A stretch of 64,000 nucleotides of DNA from Octopus sinensis. Lineage: Eukaryota. Every line of letters begins with the position of its first letter. Positions within the stretch are counted from its first letter, which is position 1. Positions 12,595 to 25,519 of this stretch are shown here, piece after piece. The notes under the pieces are model-generated. The model made no database searches, was not told the DNA's origin, and worked only from the letters and a program-made list of their open reading frames with translations. A program made the position numbers and the translations under genes. The stretch is taken from NCBI RefSeq assembly GCF_006345805.1, contig NC_043003.1:1364001-1428000 (forward strand), written 5' to 3'.

Positions 12595-12812
12595 CTATTT
12601 CTTTACTACCCACAAGGGGCTAAACACAGAGAGGACGAACGGCTTAAGTCGATCATATCGACCCCAGTGCGTAACTGGTACTTAATTTATCGACCCCGAA
12701 AGGATAAAAGACAAAGTCGACCTCGGCGGAATTTGAACTCAGAACGTAGCAGCAGACGAAATACGGCTAAGCATTTCGCCCGGCGTGCTAACGTTTCTGC
12801 CAGCTCGCCGCC
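12595..12812 (-). mobile_element. SINE family A with target-site duplication
   Basis: Full-length copy flanked by TTTCCCACAT(G/A)CC direct repeats. Confidence 0.85.
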
Positions 12813-13406
12813 TTTCCCACATACCATTATCTTCAATATTCTGTTTCTGATCAAAACGTCTTAAAATCATGCTGGGCCAGTCAAAAAAAAGAAATAATCA
12901 TAAACGGAACAGCCACACACTGCTAGTCGGTCAGTTACTGAGGCACTTGACCTGAAATAAGATCGCTTATGAACTTGATGTGTTGAAATAGAGTAAATAT
13001 CAGAAGATGCAAAATTGTCCGGCAGTGGTCAGCGAGAGCACCGGAGGCCTTTTCAATGGCGCGCACTCGCAGACATTCACATGCTCAGATGAACATTCTT
13101 GACCTCTGATGTAGGGAGAAGGGAATAAAACATTCACCGATGTCGTCAGGCTGAATAAAAATCTGGTATAAGCAACTTAGGCGTTATTAAATTTGAATAG
13201 CTATCAATATATCATACTAAATGTATACACTCTGTCGAAAGAATTTGTTCTGCAAAATTTGTTCTGAAATATCATCTCTTATGAACGTGTTGAGTTAAAA
13301 ACAATAAATATCAGAGGAAATGATAGAAAAAATTCTAAGGGGGTTGGTTTATTTTTTTACCCTGGAAAAACATAGCCGTTGTTTAGCATCATGGACAAGA
13401 TATTGA

Positions 13407-13505
<99 letters not shown>

Positions 13506-13654
13506 CTTTCTCTCTCTTTCCTGTTTACATATGCTTGGAAAACGATTAATTTTATTCAGAAAGAGAGCAGCAGCGAGTATGAGGTTCGAACTAAAGGCCA
13601 CAACTGTATACGTGTCGGAGATCCATTTTTAATCGCACTATATACGAGGACGAG

Positions 13655-13905
13655 GAGGCACATGGCCTAGTGGTTATAGCAGCGAACTCGCGGTCGAGGA
13701 GTCGCGGGTTCGAATCTCAGACCGGGCGATGTGTGTGTTTATGAGCGAAACACCTAAGCTCCACGCGGCAACTTCTGCTGACTCTTTCGCCACAACTTTC
13801 TCTCTCACTCTTTCCACCTGCATCTAGCAGCTCACCTACGATGAACCAGAGTCCCGTCCAGGTGGGGAACTTATACGCCAAGGAAACCGGGAAACCGGCC
13901 CTATG
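13655..13905 (+). mobile_element. tRNA-derived SINE (family C)
   Basis: A-box TGGCCTAGTGG, B-box GGTTCGAATCTC, then non-tRNA body GAGCGAAACACCTAAGCTCCACG; related copy at 36130-36515, with related bodies at 18580-18840, 20530-20860 and 46150-46310. Confidence 0.75.
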
Positions 13906-14195
13906 AGGGCGTCGGACGAGCAAAGTAAAGGTCATCACAGAGACGCCCTACACTGACAAACACAAAATGATGTCAGCAGTGAAAGAATACGGGGAAATAC
14001 TAGAACCCAAGTCAATCCCCAGGAGAAACGGACAAAAATATCGCCGTGGTCCAAGCGCTTGCACCGGATTGCACCGGAGATTTTTCCGGACATCCTCGGA
14101 CATTGTCGCAGTTGCTTTTAATTTTTTTACTTCTCGAAGGTCTTAACTTGTTCTGGTTGATTCTGTGAGAGCGGACAGCAACCTGCCGTCAGAGG

Positions 14196-14307
14196 TCTCA
14201 CAGGATCTCTTACCGCAAATTATAAGCTTTGGTACTTAGATGGTCACTTATCGTGGAAGACATTCAAAGACCAAAGCTTATAATTTGCGGCAAGACACAC
14301 TGTGAGA
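14196..14307. other. Hairpin with perfect 21-bp inverted repeat
   Basis: CCGCAAATTATAAGCTTTGGT (14213-14233) and ACCAAAGCTTATAATTTGCGG (14270-14290); outer TCTCACAG/CTGTGAGA. Confidence 0.9.
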
Positions 14308-14435
14308 GGGTCAAGCACTTGGTGGATTACCCCGGAGAACCTTCTACACATTCTTGATCATTGCTGTTGCTGTTGTTGTTGTTATTATCATTATTATTAT
14401 TATTATCATCATCATTATTATTATTATTATTATTA

Positions 14436-14468
<33 letters not shown>

Positions 14469-14472
<4 letters not shown>

Positions 14473-14912
14473 TAGTTTTATTTTTATAGCGTGCTTTCAC
14501 TTCACTACCGAGCACAGCTCTGTGTGCCTTGGGTATGTGCTGTGATTTGTTGTGATGCTCTGATGGTTATTGTATGGAAAGTGTTCTGCGTAGGATGTGT
14601 GCAGTGCCTAGTAGTGCAATTTTCTGTATGTTATATGTGTTTGTAAGTCCTGGTGTTTTTTGTTATGTATTTGTCTGAATATTTTTTTATCATGCCTAAT
14701 GCACCTACTATGATAGGAATTGTTTCTGTTTTCAGATTCCACATTCTAGTTACCTCTATTTCCAGGTCTTTGTATTTTGAGAGTTTCTCCATTTCTTTTA
14801 GAGACACGTTGTCATCAGCCGGTATTGATACATCAATTAGAAAGCATTTTTTTTCTTCATGATCTCTGACAACTATATCTGGTCTGTTGACCTTAATTGT
14901 GTGTATCGGCAT
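14469..14912 (-). mobile_element. R4/Dong-like retrotransposon 3' fragment (copy 2), RLE endonuclease
   Basis: NRPDIVVRDHEEKKCFLIDVSIP...EKLSKYKDLEIEVTRMW...IPIIVGALG...IQKIALLGTAHILRRTLSIQ*; (ATT)n on both sides. Confidence 0.9.
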
Positions 14913-14940
14913 ATTATTATTATTATTATTATTATTATTA

Positions 14941-14986
<46 letters not shown>

Positions 14987-15056
14987 TATATCATTCATCA
15001 TCATTATTATTATTATTATTATTATTAATAATATTATTATTATTTTATCATTATTG

Positions 15057-15098
<42 letters not shown>

Positions 15099-15139
15099 CA
15101 TCATTATATATATTATTATTATTATTATTATTATTAGGA

Positions 15140-15171
<32 letters not shown>

Positions 15172-15172
<1 letters not shown>

Positions 15173-16047
15173 TTTTTTTTTCTTCTTTCAAATTGATTCC
15201 ATTTCTTGCCGAGTGTCTTCCCGACTCCTAGGGCAAAAAAACTCATAGTATACATTGGTAGGCATTTAAACAAACTCAATAGTTCGTTCATTTTTTTTTT
15301 TTTTTTTAAGTTAAATTAAAATACATGAGCAGCAACAGTTCTCACATCGACAATGCTCTTCTCAATACGTGTGATGTACCAGTTAAGATAATCTTTTGCA
15401 CTTCTTGCAGGGATGGTAAGCCAGGGATCATTCTCATATAATTTTCGGTTCCCTTCTTGATCATTCCTAGTGCTCCTACGATCACTGGTATTGTAACCGC
15501 CTTGAGATGCCACATTTTCTCATTTCAATGAGTAGGTCTTTATATTTTCTGAGCTTGTCAAACTCTTTCGCTGAGATATTATGATCACAGGGGATGCTCA
15601 TGTCGATCAATAAGCAAACTTATTGTTTTGGTCTTTCACAACAATATCTGGGTTATTGGCCTTGATGGTTCGGTCTGTATGTACTGGAAAGTCCCACAGA
15701 ATGGTTACATTTTCTCCTTCAGTTACAGCCTCAGGGTGGTGATTATACCACTTGTCGGCAGTTTTGATATTGTAATGCCGACTTATTAGCCAGTGTAGAT
15801 ATTGGCCAACTCTGTCATGTCTTAATTTATACTCCACTGGTGCTAAGACTTTACATCCAGAGATTAGGTGGTCCACTGTTTCAATCATGTCGTTGCAGAA
15901 TCGGCATTTGGGTCTGCTCCATTTTTCATCACATGGCCTGGTAGTTCGGGGTTAATAGGCTTTGATCTTGAGCAGCCAGGATGAAACCTTCGCTCTCTGC
16001 TTTTAGCCCTGAGCTCCGTAGCCACTGATGGGTTTGCTTCTCGTCAA

Positions 16048-16048
<1 letters not shown>
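15172..16048 (-). mobile_element. R4/Dong-like retrotransposon 3' fragment (copy 3)
   Basis: ESEGFILAAQDQ, zinc motif CRFCNDMIETVDHLISGC (C-x2-C-x8-H-x4-C), RHDRVG, ILWDFPVHTDRTIKANNPDIVVKD, IPVIVGALG; (ATT)n on both sides. Confidence 0.9.
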
Positions 16049-16083
<35 letters not shown>

Positions 16084-16106
16084 CATTATTATTATTATTA
16101 TTATTA

Positions 16107-16272
<166 letters not shown>

Positions 16273-16390
16273 CATTATTATCATTATTATTATTATTGTT
16301 ATTATTATTATTTTATCATTATTATTATATTATTATTATTATTATTATTATATTATATCTCATTATTATATTATTGTTATTATTATTATT

Positions 16391-17140
16391 TTGTGTTTGA
16401 CTTTTGCTTTGCATTTGTACAAGTTGGCTCCAAGCCTCACGCAGAGATCTCAAGAGACAACAAGTTAGAAGTTCATGTTGGTGCCATATATTTGGTTTTG
16501 TACATAGTGTTGTTCTAGAGAATGTTTAAGAAACCGTAAGAAAAGTATGTGTTTGTTTTAAACCTTGAGATTACATAGAAAGTATTTTACGTAGGATATG
16601 GGCAGTTCCCATGAGCACTATCTTTTGAATTTCTGCCATTTTAGGGTTTCCTGGTATCTGAGCCAGGTAGCAATCAGATCTTTTTGCTATCATTCCCAGG
16701 GCACCTATGACAACAGGTATTGTTTTAGTCTTCAGGTTCCACATTTTGCTAATTTCTATTTCAAGATCTTTATATTTGTTCAGTTTTTGGTAGGTCTTGA
16801 CAGATACGTTTATATCGCTTGGGACAGTCATATCAATGAGGAGGCATGTTCTTTGTCTGAAATCTTTCAATATGATATCTGGCCTATTCGCATCTATCTT
16901 TCTGACAGTTTGAATGGTGAAGTTCTAGAGGAGTGAGATGTGATCATTTTCAAGCACTGGGGGTGGTTCGTGTTCCCACCAGTTTTTATCATGGGACAAG
17001 TCCAGGTTTTTGCAAATTAGCCAGTGACTATATTGTGCAGCTCTATCATGCCTGTTGAGATACTCTGTAGGTGCAAGAAAACTGCACACGGAGACAACAT
17101 GACCAATGGTCTTATTTTGTTGTTGACATACACAGACTAA
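16391..17140 (-). mobile_element. R4/Dong-like retrotransposon 3' fragment (copy 4)
   Basis: RHDRAAQYSHWLIC, ANRPDIILKD, LLIDMTVPSD, KYKDLEIEISKMW, IPVVIGALG, IQKIVLMGTAHILRKILSM*; 3' end joins (ATT)n. Confidence 0.9.
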
Positions 17141-17271
17141 AGCCTCTTGGAGCTAATCAGCGATAGCTTTAGTCTTATTTATAGACTGCCATATTAGTAT
17201 GGCGATAACTATTAATACCCAGTAACGCTGCCGTAATTTCCTTTAGAGAGACTTAGTAATTTTAATATTTC

Positions 17272-17343
<72 letters not shown>

Positions 17344-17518
17344 GGCAGCGATATATCGTCTGTCGATATGTTCTGAGTTCAAATTCCGCTGAGGTCGACT
17401 TTGCCTTTCATCCTTTCGGGGTCAATAGATTAAGTACCAGTGAAACACTGGAATCGATGTATTCGACCAGTCCTCTCCCCACCCCACAAATTTCAGGCCT
17501 TGTACTTCCTGTAGAAAG

Positions 17519-17576
<58 letters not shown>

Positions 17577-17577
17577 G

Positions 17578-17624
<47 letters not shown>

Positions 17625-17640
17625 TATATTATTATTATTG

Positions 17641-17680
<40 letters not shown>

Positions 17681-18158
17681 GTTGTTGTTGTTTGAGGCGG
17701 TGAGCTGGCTGGATCGTTTGCACGCCGGGCGAAATGCTCAATTTCGTCCGTCTTTGCGTTCTGAGTTCAAATTCTGCCGGGGTCGCTAAAACAAGTACCA
17801 GTTAAGAATTGGGGTCGATGCGATCGACTATCCCCCTCCCCTCAAAAACTGAGCCAAAATTTGAAACCATTATTATTTTCAATATTATTTTTCATTTGAT
17901 TTTCATAGTATTTCATCTTCTGGCCGGGTCTCAACCAGAAAATTAGATGGAGAGAAACTATTATTATTATTATTATTTTTATTTTTATTCCAGCAGCAAC
18001 TCCTCAGGTTCTTTTAAAAATTATTTCCGCGGAATTTTCCGATGAAGGTTTTTTTGTTAATATATTTATTTGCAGCTGAAATTATCTGGAGAGATAAAAT
18101 GTGTGTGCGTGCACGCATGGGTGCGCGTGTGTATGCGTGTGTGTGTCTGCGCGCGCGC

Positions 18159-18192
<34 letters not shown>

Positions 18193-19231
18193 ATGTGTGT
18201 GTGTGTGTTTGTGCGTTCGTGTGTTGACATTTCTGGATACAACCCAACTTTCTTTCGCCAGTAGCCTTGGAAAGCTGACAGATTTCGTAGTCATGTCAAC
18301 AAAGCTGTTGACAGTGGAAGAAAGGGCTTGTGTCGGAGGTGCGGTGGGAGGTGCAGCAAAGGCTGCAGTGGGAGGATAACCATAATAGAGGTTGAGATGT
18401 GGCTGCTGAGTGATACATTTTTATCAGTGAAATGAAGGAGAAACTAGCTGGGAAAATGTATAAAGAGAAGCTGTAAGAAGAAGATGAGTGACACGAGGGT
18501 TTAAGGGAGGGGTGAGGGGCGGAACGAGAAGCAAATTATACAAGAACAAGGATGGGGGGGGATGGCACTCCGTCAGTTGCGACGACGAGTATTTCAGTTG
18601 ATCCGATCAACGGAACGGCCTATTCGTGGAATTAACATGCAAGTGGTTGAGTATTCCACAGACACACGTACCCTTAATGTAATTCTCAGGGAGACTCAAG
18701 CTGACCCCTTGAAATACAGGTACTGCTCATTTTTGCCAGCTGGAGCAACGTGAAATAAAGTATATCGCTCAAGGACACCTCGCGCCGCTGGGAATCGAAC
18801 TCACGACTTTACGATCGTGAACTGAATACACTAAGCAGAAACAGTAGCAGTAATGCCAACGAAGTCGACATGGGAAATTCTACGTGCTGAAAATAACAGC
18901 CAAATCCCCCTACAATCCCCCCTCCCCTCCGGTTCACACTCTACCGCCTTAATGAAGGGAAGAAAAAATGTTTGTGATTGATGGGATGTTGGTCACGGGC
19001 AGAAAGGCTTGTTCATCGATCTGTTTGATCAGAGTTGATCTGATGTCAGCTCAAGAGATCTCTGATGGAGCAAATCAACAACAACAACAGCAACAACAGC
19101 AAAGCATTTAAAACAACAACATTTAAAACAAAAAATAAAATGTTCTTGTGAGACATAAATACAAGAATTCCAACCGGATCGGGTTAAAGCGGAACGGAAG
19201 TGAATTTCATAAGGCATTATTTATCTTTCAG

Positions 19232-19395
19232 TCAAATGGTATCTTTGACCGAACTGGTTATATACAACCAAGGTACCCTGAGTCTTGGGTACCTAAGCCA
19301 TTCAGTGGAGTTGCAATGCAAACAGTAGCACGGAATATGGCAGCGGAGGGATATCCAGGAGTCATGACTGGGATGCGGCCCGACTACTTTACGAC
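19232..19395 (+). CDS. Candidate coding exon, unknown protein
   Basis: Acceptor TTATTTATCTTTCAG|, donor |GTAAGG; only one open frame: SNGIFDRTGYIQPRYPESWVPKPFSGVAMQTVARNMAAEGYPGVMTGMRPDYFT. No homology recognised. Confidence 0.35.
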
Positions 19396-19798
19396 GTAAG
19401 GGGTTTAGAGCCGAAACACTTTTATGATATGAGTCCTTCTCTGATGACCTGTTGTTCGGCTCTTCTTTTTCTTTATCTTTAGTTTTCCTTTTTTTTTGTT
19501 CAAGAAAGGACCTTCGAAAATTGGGTGTGACGTATCAGGCTGAACCGGCTACGACACCTAAGGTACCTTGGCTTTAGGGCATTATCCAGGAGAGTTGCGA
19601 TGCAAACGGTTAAACAGAATGTGACAGCATGGAATATCCGGAAGTCATGACCTGAATGTGGCCCAATCCCGTACGATTAAGGGGCGAAAGACTAGCAATG
19701 GTGAAAGGGGCCTTCATCTCTGAACACCTCTTCGCACTAGAGTTTCTTATTGCTTATGGTGAAAGGGGCCTCCATCTCTGAATACCTCTTCGCACTAG

Positions 19799-19918
19799 AG
19801 TTTCTGGTTCTGCTGTAGCACGATTTTATTATCCGGAACGTATCAACAATAAAAATTCAGACATCAGAATGACATCGGACTGGAGACAATGGGGCCTCAG
19901 GGCCACAAGACCTAAACG
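19799..19918 (+). CDS. Candidate coding exon, phase-compatible with 19232-19395
   Basis: Acceptor CCTCTTCGCACTAG|, donor |GTGAGG, 120 nt, phase 2-2: VSGSAVARFYYPERINNKNSDIRMTSDWRQWGLRATRPK. Confidence 0.3.
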
Positions 19919-21694
19919 GTGAGGGGGTGGGGGGGGGGGGGGGGTGGGGGTGGTCGATTGCACTGACCCCAGCGCACGCACACTATTTGACTAATTTATT
20001 ATTTCATCGATCTCGAAAGGTAAAGTTGATCTCAGCGTGGTTTGAACTCAGAGGGTATCCATGACTAAACACCACAAGGCATTTTGTCTGATATGGAATG
20101 AGTATGCCAATTGGTCGTTTTCATCTTCCATCTTTCAATTCAGTGAATGGACTGTGACCATGCTGGGGCACTACCTTGACGGAGTTCAGTCGAACAGATC
20201 GACCCAGGTACTTATTCTAGTCATCTCTTTTACCGAACCGCTAAGTTACAAGAACGTAAACGAAACAACGCCGGTTGTAAAGCGGTTAGGGGAATAAATA
20301 CAAACACAATCATACGTGAGCGCATGCGTGCATTCGCATATACACAACGAGCTTCTGTACAGTTTCCGTCGACTGAATTCACTCACAAGGCATTGGTCGG
20401 CCTGTGGCTATAGCAGAGGATACTTGACCAAGGTGCCGCGGGGTAGGACCAAACCGAACCCGAAACCAGATGTTTGCAAAGCGAGTTCCTTAACCACACA
20501 GCCATGCCTGCGCCTTTATATAGAACAACATGTGAAGGCTGGTGGCTAAATGGTCTGGGCATTCGGATCACGACTGTAAGGTTGTGAGTTCGATTTCCAG
20601 CGTCGCGTTGAGCCCTTGAGCAAGACACTTTATTTCACTTTATTGCTCCAGTCCACTCAGCTGGCAATAAGGAGTAGTACCTGTAATTCGAACGGCCGGC
20701 CTTGTCACATTCTGTGTCACGCTCAATCTCCCTGAGAACTTACTTTAAGGGTACACGTGTCTGTGGAGTGCTCAGCCACTTGCATGTTAACTTCACGAGT
20801 AGGCTGTTCCGTTGATCCGATTTACTGTAACCCTCTTCGTCGCAACCGACGGAGTGTCAGCTTTTTTAATAGAGAACAATAACAAAGATGCACAATTTAT
20901 AAAACGGAAGTCAAAAACACGTTATTCCAAAGTCAGAGACGAAGGAATGACCATGGCAACAAATCCAGCGAAGTCTCTAATAACTTATATGTTACACGAA
21001 TTAATGAAGTTTCCAGTTTCTAATTAAAATTATTACATAATGCAGAGGAAACCTTAGAAATAGCTGGCATTGGTACACTAATTAAATCAGATACGAATCC
21101 AAACAGTTTGCCGGAGGTGAAAAAACCGCGTTAATTTCGCCAAACAAAACCTGGCAAAGCATTCTGGAATCTGTTTTCAATAATCGAAACCCGAATATCT
21201 CGGTTGGCCAAATGACTGCTTGATCATCTGAAGGATAAAGACATCCTGTCGAATTAGCAGGAACAGGACAAGAGGATGTGTATTTAGGAATATATGCGTG
21301 AGTGTGTGAGTGTGTGTGTGCATGTATGTAGAGTCCATCCCATACATACATACATGTATGCATGCATACATGTATGTATACATGCATGCATGCATACATG
21401 TATGTATACATGCATGCATACATGTATGTATGCATGCATGTGTGCATGAAAGTATATACATGCATACATGTATGTATGCATGCATGTGTGCATGAACGTA
21501 TATATGTCTACATGTATGTGTGTATGCATGTATGTCTACATGCATGTATTCATGTATGTATGCATGCTTGCGTGTATGTATGTATGCTTGTATGTATGAT
21601 TTGTATGCACGAATATCCTACCAAATAGACAGAAATGTCATAAAGGTGCCTGCATACACACACATATACATATATGAATATGTATGTGTGTATG

Positions 21695-21750
<56 letters not shown>

Positions 21751-21841
21751 CGTATATATGCATGTATATCTACATCCAGCTATGTGTGTGTGTGTGTGTG
21801 TAGTGTAGTGTGTGTGTGTGTGTATGTGTGTGGTTGTGTAG

Positions 21842-21872
<31 letters not shown>

Positions 21873-22087
21873 TGTGTGTGTAGTGTGTGTAGTGTATATG
21901 CGTATACGTCGGACAAATTGCTGAGCGGCATTTATTCCGGCTTTACGTTCTGAGTTCAAATTCCGCCGAGGTCGTCTTTACTCTTCGTCCTTCTGGCCTC
22001 GATAAAATAAGTACCAGTTTGGCACCGGGGTCGATGTATTCAACACTCCACCTCACCCGAAAATACTATCCTTGAACCAAAAATTTG

Positions 22088-22121
<34 letters not shown>

Positions 22122-22621
22122 TAACAGCAACTATTTTCTTCGAAGTTTCGCCGATGCTGACTTGTCAAAAACATTGTTTACCAAGGACCGGTAATGGGTT
22201 GACATAGTAACCTAACATCTAATTGTTTGTATCACGGCATCGCATATCTGTTCGAATGATGTTCAGTTAAGCAGTCAATGCATCAGAGGAGACATCGCCA
22301 GGATGACTAAGCACATTAAAGACCGCCTCCTCCTCCTCCTCCCTTCACTTTGCTTTCGCTTTCGTTTTCGCCGTCAGAATCAAAACTTTCCAACCCCGTC
22401 TCCTCTCTTTGTAATATATTTATTGTTTCTATCTTTAACTTGTTTCAGTCATTCGATTGCGACCATGCTGGAGCACCACCTTCAAGGGTTTTAGTCGGAC
22501 AAATCGACTCCAAGGCTTTTTATAAAGTCTGGGTACATGTTCTATCGTTCTCTTTTGCCGAATCGCTATGTTCGGGGACTAAATACACCAACACCGATTG
22601 TCAAAGACACAAAGATACACA

Positions 22622-23724
22622 CTTTTGGAATCCGGCCTGGAAGTCATTTTCCGCGAGTCGAGGATTTTCTGCGATTCGCTCTTGATTTCGACAACCGTGT
22701 TAAAACGGCAACCTTTGAATTGCATTTTCATCTTGGGGAAGGGATGGGAGTCTGCTAAATCTGGTGTGGAAGCAATACCATGTTGTTTTTGACGAGAGCC
22801 TTACAAGTGAGGAGAGCTCGTTGACAGATGCATTGTCTTTGTGAGGAATCCAATTTTTGGTGCTCCACAGATCCGGTCGCTTTCGCCGGATGTCCTCTTT
22901 TCGGAACGCTTCAGAACGTTGCAGTAGAATTCTCGATTGGCGGTCTGGCCTTGGCAAACGAATCCTCGATGCACAAATACTGCTCTTGATTGAGCTGCGG
23001 CTCTGTGGTTGCCTTCTTGGGTCGTGGAAGTGAAGGACTCTTCCATTGAGACGACTGCTGCTTTATCTCAGGGTCGTACCCGTAGACCCAACTCTCGTCA
23101 CCGGTAATGAAGAATGGGTCATTAGCGGCACGCTGACGGAGATCTCGACAGACTTCGCCGCCATGTTCTTCCTGCTCAGTGGTCGGTGGGCGGAGGACAA
23201 ACTTGCCAGTGACACGCCGCATGTTCAATTCACACGTTAGGATTGCCTGCTGCACGGACCTCGGACGACAGACCAACAACATCAGCAATGTCGTTGATTG
23301 TCCTCCGACGATCCTCATACACAAACTGAGGATTTTTCACCACATTTCGGTAGGGGGGGGGCCGTTTGTGGCAGGTTTTCCAGATCACCCATCGTCTTCT
23401 GAGGACGCTCTTCCGCTTTTGAAGCGCCCGTGCCACTCGAAACATGGCACACGACCCATTACATTATTGCCATAAGCTTGCCAAAGCATGCTCAATGTCT
23501 CGGTAGCAGACTTCGCAAGTTTCACACAAAATGTCATGTTGGCTCTTCCTTCCAAATTCCTGTCCATGGCAAAATCACAAAAACACAGATTTCACAATTT
23601 GTGAAGTAAACACAAGACTGTCACCCGGCACACTTCCTAATGAAGGTCACTGCACATGCAACCGTGTGCTGCCATCTGTTGGCTAGCTACAGAACTCGTC
23701 CGGGAACTCTTCGACACCACCTTG
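22622..23724 (-). mobile_element. Degraded mariner transposon, 3' end lost
   Basis: TIR-like TA|CAAGGTGGTGTCGAAGAGTTCCCGGAC at the right end; frameshifted transposase RANMTFCVKLAKSATET..., ITGDESWVYGYDPEIKQQSSQWKSP, KDNAS, FPKMKMQFKG; left TIR not found (SINE at 22440-22620). Confidence 0.9.
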
Positions 23725-23757
23725 TAAATATATATATAATGGATAATAAATATGTGA

Positions 23758-23791
<34 letters not shown>

Positions 23792-23882
23792 CTGTGTGTG
23801 TGTTGGTGTGTGTGTGTGTGTTGGTGTGTATGTATAAAGCCAAAGACTGGAATTTGTACTTTATATTTAATCCTTTATATTA

Positions 23883-24241
23883 GTTGTTGTTGTGTTTGAC
23901 GTAGGAGAATAATTCGCTTTTACGACGACAGTGTGTTCAACATATCCGGTTCGTTGTCGCACTGTATTCTGGGATACCAGTGCAAATAACCTTTTTCTTT
24001 TCTTCTTTTTATTGGTTGGCAGATACAAGAACCGATTAACAAACATTTTGTTAGCTGAAATTATAAACAAAACCAACGACTTGGTTTTGACTCAAAGGTC
24101 CAGTTATTTCTGGCTGACGAGACACGTAGAAACACAGATGTCCCAGAATGCCGCACACCAACGAGCTTAGTATGTTGCCCACGCTGTTGTCGTAAAAGAA
24201 GGAGATGGGAGTTATTCTCCTGTGACATATACTACAACGAC
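23883..24241. mobile_element. Old foldback MITE with about 100-bp imperfect TIRs
   Basis: AGGAGAATAATTCGCTTTTACGACGACAGTGTGTTCAACATA...ATTCTGGGA aligns to the reverse complement of 24140-24241. Confidence 0.65.
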
Positions 24242-24413
24242 CGGCATATTTTGTGTCTGAACCTACCTAGACGTGTTAATGATACTTAAGAAAATATTCA
24301 CTCCTGGTCTCGCAGCACACAGTACAAATAACGATTGTTTTAAAAGAGAAGAATTTAAATAAATCCTAAAGAAAACTCATATACGCGCACGTACATAATA
24401 GGCAACTGCTTCA

Positions 24414-24625
24414 AAACCTTCAGATTCTATATGCAGATTATAAATTCCCATTTATACCAGTAATAATAGGTGCACTTGGCTTTGTGAGTAAATCTTCAAG
24501 TGATAATCTGGACGAGCTAGAGTTTTCAGAAAAAGCAGTCAACCAACAAACTCGCACATTACAAATACAATATGTAAGTGGAACAATAAAAATATGCAAG
24601 ATTTTTCTCAAGTATAAAATGTCAC
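24414..24625 (+). mobile_element. C-terminal relic of an RLE-type (R2 superfamily) non-LTR element
   Basis: LQILYADYKFPFIPVIIGALGFVSK...LQIQYVSGTIKICKIFLK. Confidence 0.6.
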
Positions 24626-24726
24626 ATTCTTATTTGTTCACATTCCAACGATGGAACCCGGTATCTTTGTTAGAAAGCAGCTCCTTCTTCACAGGAAGAG
24701 TTTGAATAATAAAAAACAGAAGAGAC

Positions 24727-24780
24727 CATACATACATACATACATACATACATACATACATACATACATACATACATACA

Positions 24781-24813
<33 letters not shown>

Positions 24814-24914
24814 GCATACATACATGCATACATACATACATACATACATACATACATACATACATACATACATACATACATACATACATACATACATACA
24901 TACATACATACATG

Positions 24915-24945
<31 letters not shown>

Positions 24946-24980
24946 GCATACATACATACATACATACATACATACATACA

Positions 24981-25016
<36 letters not shown>

Positions 25017-25136
25017 TGCATACATACATGCATGCATACATACATGTATGCATACATGCATGCATACATACATACATACATGCATGCATGCATGCATACA
25101 CACATACACACATACATACATACATACATACATACA

Positions 25137-25169
<33 letters not shown>

Positions 25170-25288
25170 GCATACATACATACATACATACATACATACA
25201 TACATACATACATACATACATACATGCATACATACATGCATACATACATACATACATACATATATGCATACATACATACATACATACA

Positions 25289-25324
<36 letters not shown>

Positions 25325-25519
25325 TGCATACATACATGCATACATACATACATACATGCATGCATACATACATGTATGCATACATGCATGCATACATACA
25401 TACATACATACATACATGCATGCATGCATGCATACACACATACATACATACATACATACATACATACATACATACATACATACATACATACATACATACA
25501 TACATTCATACATACATAT
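24727..25519. repeat. (TACA)n/(TGCA)n microsatellite, about 790 bp
   Basis: Read directly; similar arrays at 21330-21600, 26170-26570, 42330-42750. Confidence 0.95.

Noticed and set aside
13655-13730. tRNA-like sequence with A and B boxes
   Set aside because: No complete cloverleaf; it continues into a SINE body and has a relative at 36130.
13910-14110. KVKVITETPYTDKHKMMSAVKEYGEIL, possible LINE ORF1 relic
   Set aside because: Resemblance to Tx1-type ORF1 is too short and broken to call.
19820-19845. YYPER resemblance to reflectin
   Set aside because: Only five residues; the M/FD-x5-MD-x5-MD repeat and Met/Tyr/Arg-rich composition are absent.
24470-24579. Exon-like segment with consensus donor GTAAGT
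   Set aside because: The frame continues through the donor as the IPVIIGALG...SGTIKICK C-terminus of an RLE retrotransposon.
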